A stretch of DNA of 64,000 nt. It comes from a virus. Positions 59,473 to 64,000 of this stretch are shown one piece after another. The stretch spans positions 1 to 64,000 of IMG/VR virus record IMGVR_UViG_3300046373_000069. One strand, 5' to 3'. The notes under the pieces were generated by a model. The model worked only from the letters and a program-made list of their open reading frames with translations. It made no database searches and had not been told where the DNA came from. The position numbers and the translations under genes are program-made. How positions within the stretch are numbered: position 1 is the stretch's first letter; the number at the start of each line of letters is the position of its first letter.

Positions 59473-60218
59473 GCGAATATGGAAAACGCATAATCTCTGC
59501 GAATGGCGCTAGGCAGGTAGACAATAAGCGCATGGTGCCGCAGCTAATCTCGGTAGATAATCTCGCGGGGTGGTCTTACGCTGATACGCCCGTGCAAGAT
59601 GGTTGGGTGTACCGCATCTATCAACCCCCCGCAGCTTGGGTAGCCTACTCCCGTCCGTGTATAACCTTCACAAGCCTGCCTAGCACTTCGAGAGAGGTTT
59701 ATATCTCGGGCATCGAACTTGTCTATCAGGCCGGGGTTTCTGTGGACCACCCTGTTCTTTATACGTTTGCATTAGACTACGTAACATACAGCAGTGCTAA
59801 CTACGGCAGGCGGGCATGGAATGCAAGTGGTGCCCTCATATATGACAGCGGGAACCCTCACCTCAATATCCATCAGATATTCTCTGGAATGAGTCCAGAC
59901 GTATCGTGGACCGATCACGAGGCTGGCCTAACTCTCAACAGTTACCCGTCACCTCTTGGAAGCCTCCCGCTTTCTCCGGCAATTTACGGGGATAGTTACC
60001 AAGTTACGGATCACTGGGGAGATAAGACAGGCCGTGGCAGTGCCACGGGCAAGCTGTTTTATCGCTTCACAGGTGGCAACACCCTCCAGAGCATTCTCTG
60101 CCAAACTAAATATGTCTTTGACACCACAATCACTTCCGCCAACCCATACTTAGCTGTCAATAAGGGGCCAGCAACAAATATGAGCTTGATGGTTATCGAC
60201 AGATATATATACGACTAA
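59469..60218 (+). CDS. tail-tip accessory protein
   Basis: YG..I and YG...WN..G.LIYDS motifs typical of fibre-adjacent proteins. Confidence 0.6.
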   Translation: MSEYGKRIISANGARQVDNKRMVPQLISVDNLAGWSYADTPVQDGWVYRIYQPPAAWVAYSRPCITFTSLPSTSREVYISGIELVYQAGVSVDHPVLYTFALDYVTYSSANYGRRAWNASGALIYDSGNPHLNIHQIFSGMSPDVSWTDHEAGLTLNSYPSPLGSLPLSPAIYGDSYQVTDHWGDKTGRGSATGKLFYRFTGGNTLQSILCQTKYVFDTTITSANPYLAVNKGPATNMSLMVIDRYIYD

Positions 60219-60230
60219 GGAATACACAAT

Positions 60231-60914
60231 ATGCCAATGCTAATTGACATCAAAACACCTAACAACCTGCAACTGGCCTACCATCGGATTCTGTCGGTTA
60301 ACATTGACTTTGATTTTGGGTTCGGAACCATTGTTGTGTGTTCTTACGCAAGTGAGGACGCCTTTTTGCAGTATAGCGACCCTTCCGGGTTTTCAAGCAA
60401 GCCTCCAAGTGCGTTTACGTGGTCGAATATCCGCATACCTGTGAGTGAGTTTCTAAGTGGAGAGGACAGTTTGTCCGACCATCTGGAATTACTCCTAGTA
60501 GCGGATACAGGCAGTCCTTTTTTTGGAGGGCAGCTTCTTGCAGATAATAGCGGCACACTACAAGCTCTGCGGGAGCGGAAGTGGACAGAGATTAAGGCAG
60601 CACGCAGGGCAGCAGAGCGAGGCAATTTCATTTTTGAGGGTGGCCTATACTACGCGGACAAAGAGCAGATTACAGGTTCCGCAACCGCTGCGTTTATGTC
60701 TAAATCGCTCGGACTCCCTTACAATGAAACGTGGACTCTTGTTGACAACACTACGCGAGACTTGAACGCAGATCAGGTGATCGCGCTAGGACTGGCGTTG
60801 CGTGCATTCGTGTCAGGTGTGTACGCAAGGGGGCGCTCTCTCCGAACAAAAATCTCGGAGGCTGAGATTATTGACGAAGTAGCTGCAATAAACTGGGAGA
60901 CACCAATTGGCTAG
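60231..60914 (+). CDS. DUF4376-like tail fibre assembly protein
   Basis: KW.EIK.AR, WTL.DN....L.A.Q..ALG, V.AI.W. Confidence 0.7.
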   Translation: MPMLIDIKTPNNLQLAYHRILSVNIDFDFGFGTIVVCSYASEDAFLQYSDPSGFSSKPPSAFTWSNIRIPVSEFLSGEDSLSDHLELLLVADTGSPFFGGQLLADNSGTLQALRERKWTEIKAARRAAERGNFIFEGGLYYADKEQITGSATAAFMSKSLGLPYNETWTLVDNTTRDLNADQVIALGLALRAFVSGVYARGRSLRTKISEAEIIDEVAAINWETPIG

Positions 60915-61737
60915 CACATTAAATATCGTATACAACAATGCTGCTGATAGGTGTAGCCTCACGGCAGGCTCCGAGGCAACGCCGAGGAGCAATCTCCTCA
61001 CAGACAGCAAGAGCGATGTGTGGCGCGCCGCTGCTGGTACTCTCAGCACAACACTGACAGCCACTTGGAGCAGCCTTGAGCCAGTGTCTTGTGTAGCGCT
61101 CCCATTCTGTAATTTCTCCCAAACAGCAACCATGCGTGTGAGGCTCTACAGCGACGCAGCGGGCACGCTGCTAGTGTTGGACACAGGGACACTACCATGC
61201 GCTCAGGGCGTGCCTATGAGCATTTATGGCATGTCTGCGGCACAAGCTGCTAGTGCATACGCTTATGGTGGCGGGACAGTTGCTAGGCTGTTCTTCACGA
61301 AGGTGAGTGTCCAGAAGGTAGTGATTGACATCACCGACACGGCAAACTTGCAGGGGTATCTCGAAGCAGCCTTCTTGGTCATTGGAGACAGTTTCTCGAC
61401 TAAGTACAACGTCGATTACGGCCTAGAACTTACGATGGAAGATAGCTCAAAAAATTCACGCACAGATGCTGGTAATCTTGTGAGTGATGTAGGGTTCCGC
61501 TACAAAGTAGTGAAGGCGGATCTTAGTGTTATGTCTCCAAATGAGAGGGCTGCTTGGTGGAGGCTTGTTGCTTACGTTGGTACAAGTGGTCGAGTGTTCT
61601 TTAGCGTAGAGACAGGTAATACGGACAAGCAAACTGAGCTGGACTATACAGTGTATGGGAAGTTTAGCAAGGTAAGCACGGTGGCAGCTAAGAATTATCT
61701 TATTTACAGTGCACCCCTAGAGATCGAAGGAATCTGA
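60907..61737 (+). CDS. tail protein
   Basis: N.AD, NL.TD.KS.VWR, N.S..A..RVRLY, ID.TD..N..GY.E, N..YG, D.S...RT..G. Confidence 0.65.
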   Translation: MASTLNIVYNNAADRCSLTAGSEATPRSNLLTDSKSDVWRAAAGTLSTTLTATWSSLEPVSCVALPFCNFSQTATMRVRLYSDAAGTLLVLDTGTLPCAQGVPMSIYGMSAAQAASAYAYGGGTVARLFFTKVSVQKVVIDITDTANLQGYLEAAFLVIGDSFSTKYNVDYGLELTMEDSSKNSRTDAGNLVSDVGFRYKVVKADLSVMSPNERAAWWRLVAYVGTSGRVFFSVETGNTDKQTELDYTVYGKFSKVSTVAAKNYLIYSAPLEIEGI

Positions 61738-61739
61738 GA

Positions 61740-62237
61740 ATGGACTATAAGACGCACAGGCCGAACATCAAGTCTGGTGACTTGCTTGCGTGGAGTAATA
61801 AAAAGTGGAACTCGTGGCATAACATTAAGATTCAGCTTGTCCGCATCTTCCTGCAAACCGAGTATTCGCACGTAGGTACAGCCCTCGTGATGGGCGGTAG
61901 AGTGTGGGTGTTGGAGGCTGTGGAGCCTAGGTCTAGGATTTACCCTCTGTCGAAGCTTGGGAACTTCTTCCATATCCCTCTCCCTGCCGATTGGACACCA
62001 GAAGTAGAGGAGAAGGCACTTTCCTATATTGGTGAAGAGTATAAGCAGCTTAATGCTATTAAAGCTTTCTTCGTACCGCTGGAGAAAGAGGACGTTTCAG
62101 AATGTGCAGCTTTAGCTATCGCTATTGCTGAAAAATGCGGGCTTAATTTAGGAGTCCGTGCAACGCCAGATGAAGTTGTGGAACAAGCACAGCGTTATGG
62201 TGGCCCAATGTATTACATTGAACAAGAGGCACGCTGA
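61740..62237 (+). CDS. permuted papain-like (NlpC/P60, C92-type) amidase
   Basis: SGDLL, YSHVG, EA, IG..Y, later EC (His before Cys). Confidence 0.75.
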   Translation: MDYKTHRPNIKSGDLLAWSNKKWNSWHNIKIQLVRIFLQTEYSHVGTALVMGGRVWVLEAVEPRSRIYPLSKLGNFFHIPLPADWTPEVEEKALSYIGEEYKQLNAIKAFFVPLEKEDVSECAALAIAIAEKCGLNLGVRATPDEVVEQAQRYGGPMYYIEQEAR

Positions 62238-62929
62238 TGTGCACTCGTGAATGTGAGTATTGCGGGGAGATTAAACCAATCGTAGGCAACTTCACCAAAC
62301 TAGGTAAAACTTGTTTTGCGTGCAAGAAGGTTAAAGCCAAGATTTACCGGGAGGCCACTAAGGAGCAAGCTAAACAGTATAGGGAAGCTAACAAGGATAA
62401 ACTAAAGGCTAACGCTGCTAGGTTATACCTTGAGCGCAAAGAGCGTGATCCTGAGAAGCTTCGTCAAACTGCCAGAGACTACTACGCCCGGCACAAGGAC
62501 AAAATTTCTACCACAGCGAAGGCTCGGAAGTATCGTTGGGACCCTGTTAAGCGCGCAGAACATAAGGAGAGGAATAGCGCAAAAATCAAGGAGCGGGATA
62601 AGCAGTGGCGACAGGGTAACAAACCTCATCTTGCTGCTAAAGCTGCCGCGCGCAGGGCAAAGCAGAAACAAGCGACACCCTCTTGGGCGGACCTTGATGT
62701 TATAGAAACCTTCTACGAGTCTGCGCATAACTTAGGTATGTTACTCGGTGAGTGGTACCACGTAGACCATATTGTACCACTAACTTCTGACATTGTATGT
62801 GGATTACACACGCAAGCTAATCTCCAAGTTTTGCTTGGTACAGAAAATCTTTCAAAACTTAATCGCTGGTGGCCTGATATGCCAGACCCTATTTACGAAA
62901 ATAAAGGAATGACATGGACGCCCAATTAG
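62237..62929 (+). CDS. HNH homing endonuclease
   Basis: TP.WAD, HVDHIVPL, VCGLH..NLQ, EN.SK.N. Confidence 0.9.
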   Translation: MCTRECEYCGEIKPIVGNFTKLGKTCFACKKVKAKIYREATKEQAKQYREANKDKLKANAARLYLERKERDPEKLRQTARDYYARHKDKISTTAKARKYRWDPVKRAEHKERNSAKIKERDKQWRQGNKPHLAAKAAARRAKQKQATPSWADLDVIETFYESAHNLGMLLGEWYHVDHIVPLTSDIVCGLHTQANLQVLLGTENLSKLNRWWPDMPDPIYENKGMTWTPN

Positions 62930-63165
62930 TAATCAATATAGCGATAGGCCTAGTAGGTTTTCTAGGTGCGTGGGTCTTGAAAAGTATTACAGACACACTG
63001 CAAGAGATGAAAGAATCGGATCACGCCCTTCGTAACAAGGTGCAAGCAATCGAACTGCTTGTGGTTGGTGGCTACGTGAAACGCTCAGACTTCGAGAAGC
63101 TAGGTGAGGACATCTCCAAGCGCTTCGATAAGTTTGAAGAGCGAATTTTGGCGCATCGGCCATAA
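62914..63165 (+). CDS. small membrane protein (holin/antiholin-like)
   Basis: N-terminal TM + coiled coil, precedes endolysin. Confidence 0.55.
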   Translation: MDAQLVINIAIGLVGFLGAWVLKSITDTLQEMKESDHALRNKVQAIELLVVGGYVKRSDFEKLGEDISKRFDKFEERILAHRP

Positions 63166-63228
63166 CATAAACAGTAAAGAGGCCCCACTAAGAGGCCTGT
63201 TCAATTACATTCTACTAAGGAAACGAAT

Positions 63229-63648
63229 ATGGAAATCAACAGCCGTGACATCAATGATTTGACGCCAGAGATGGCTAAGCTCTGCAAGGAGTTTGTAGCA
63301 CGCTGCAAGGCAGCGGGTATTGACGTTATTATCACGTCCACGTTTAGGGACAACTCTTCTCAAGCGGCCCTTTATGCACAAGGCCGTACAACGGCTGGAA
63401 AGAAAGTGACGAATGCTCCCGCTGGAAGCAGCTACCACAACTACCGCATAGCGTTCGACTTCTGCCCTATCGTCAATGGCAAGGCGCAGTGGAACGACAT
63501 TAACCTGTTTAAGAAGTGTGGTGCGATTGCTAAAGCGCTAGGACTAGAGTACGGCGGGGACTGGACAAGCTTTAAAGACTACCCACACGTTCAAGAGCGC
63601 GGGCACACTATCGCAGAACTCAAGAAGCAATTTCCTAATGGGCGCTGA
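63229..63648 (+). CDS. endolysin, M15 family (L-Ala-D-Glu peptidase-like)
   Basis: R...Q..LYAQGRT, VTNA, S.HNY..AFD, GGDW..F.D.PH. Confidence 0.93.
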   Translation: MEINSRDINDLTPEMAKLCKEFVARCKAAGIDVIITSTFRDNSSQAALYAQGRTTAGKKVTNAPAGSSYHNYRIAFDFCPIVNGKAQWNDINLFKKCGAIAKALGLEYGGDWTSFKDYPHVQERGHTIAELKKQFPNGR

Positions 63649-63649
63649 T

Positions 63650-63880
63650 ATGACCAAATACCTAATTCCCGAATGGCGCAGCGCTTGGAAATTTGTTAGC
63701 GTCCAACTAGCAGCACTCCTCACACTTCTGCTCAGCCTTGAGCCTGTCGTCCCACAAATAACAGCGTACCTGCCACCTCACTATGCAGCCTACTTGAGCG
63801 CTGCTATCCTCGTTGCCCGTATTGTGCAGCAGGCGGTGACAGCTTCTAAAGAGGCTCATGATGTACCCAAAGATTCTTGA
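63650..63880 (+). CDS. holin (putative)
   Basis: LIPEWR.AWK..SVQ, two TM segments, ARIV.Q. Confidence 0.7.
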   Translation: MTKYLIPEWRSAWKFVSVQLAALLTLLLSLEPVVPQITAYLPPHYAAYLSAAILVARIVQQAVTASKEAHDVPKDS

Positions 63881-64000
63881 AACTATCATCGCTATCGGCC
63901 TAATCGTCGGGGCTTGGTTCTACGCAGGCCACCGGGCAGTTGAGCAGTACAAAACTGAGCAACTAATCGAGCAGGCTTTTGCTACGAAGGCTCAGCAGGA
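63858..64000 (+). CDS. i-spanin (Rz-like), truncated by window end
   Basis: MMYPKILETIIAIGLIVGAWFYAG single TM then helical region, after holin. Confidence 0.55.
   Translation, partial: MMYPKILETIIAIGLIVGAWFYAGHRAVEQYKTEQLIEQAFATKAQQ

Noticed and set aside
57269-60914. Invertible or DGR-diversified tail-fibre locus
   Set aside because: No inverted fibre segments, reverse transcriptase or template repeat visible; the recombinase is 36 kb away

Overview
This 64-kb window is part of a tailed dsDNA phage genome, probably a siphovirus of a Proteobacterium. The host is not provable from sequence; SlmA- and NrdR-like sites and a GC-rich insert weakly suggest a beta- or gamma-proteobacterial host. 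No DNA polymerase, helicase or nucleotide-metabolism genes are visible here. Layout: (i) 1-8.1 kb, small + strand accessory genes; (ii) about 8.2-20.3 kb, a block bounded by two non-coding regions, with about 10 sigma70-type promoters, tiny early genes (ArdA-like, HD hydrolase) and an iteron origin with RHH and wHTH genes, which looks like a long terminal repeat or pre-early region; (iii) a serine resolvase; (iv) a - strand block (SLOG, 2OG-Fe oxygenase, ClpP-like, HNH-AP2, PhoH); (v) tRNA-Thr plus tRNA-like RNAs; (vi) terminase, portal, protease, capsid, tail, tape measure and lysis genes, interrupted by homing endonucleases and two inserted carbohydrate-active cassettes. The most striking signal is a gene-free stretch at about 19.6-20.0 kb packed with apparent host-protein operators: tandem NrdR-like boxes 31 bp apart, two back-to-back SlmA-like sites, three GTTGC-N6-GCAAC palindromes and an IHF-like site. 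It has no cognate gene to regulate and may act as a DNA decoy or recruitment platform. All family calls come from motif recognition by eye, not from database searches.
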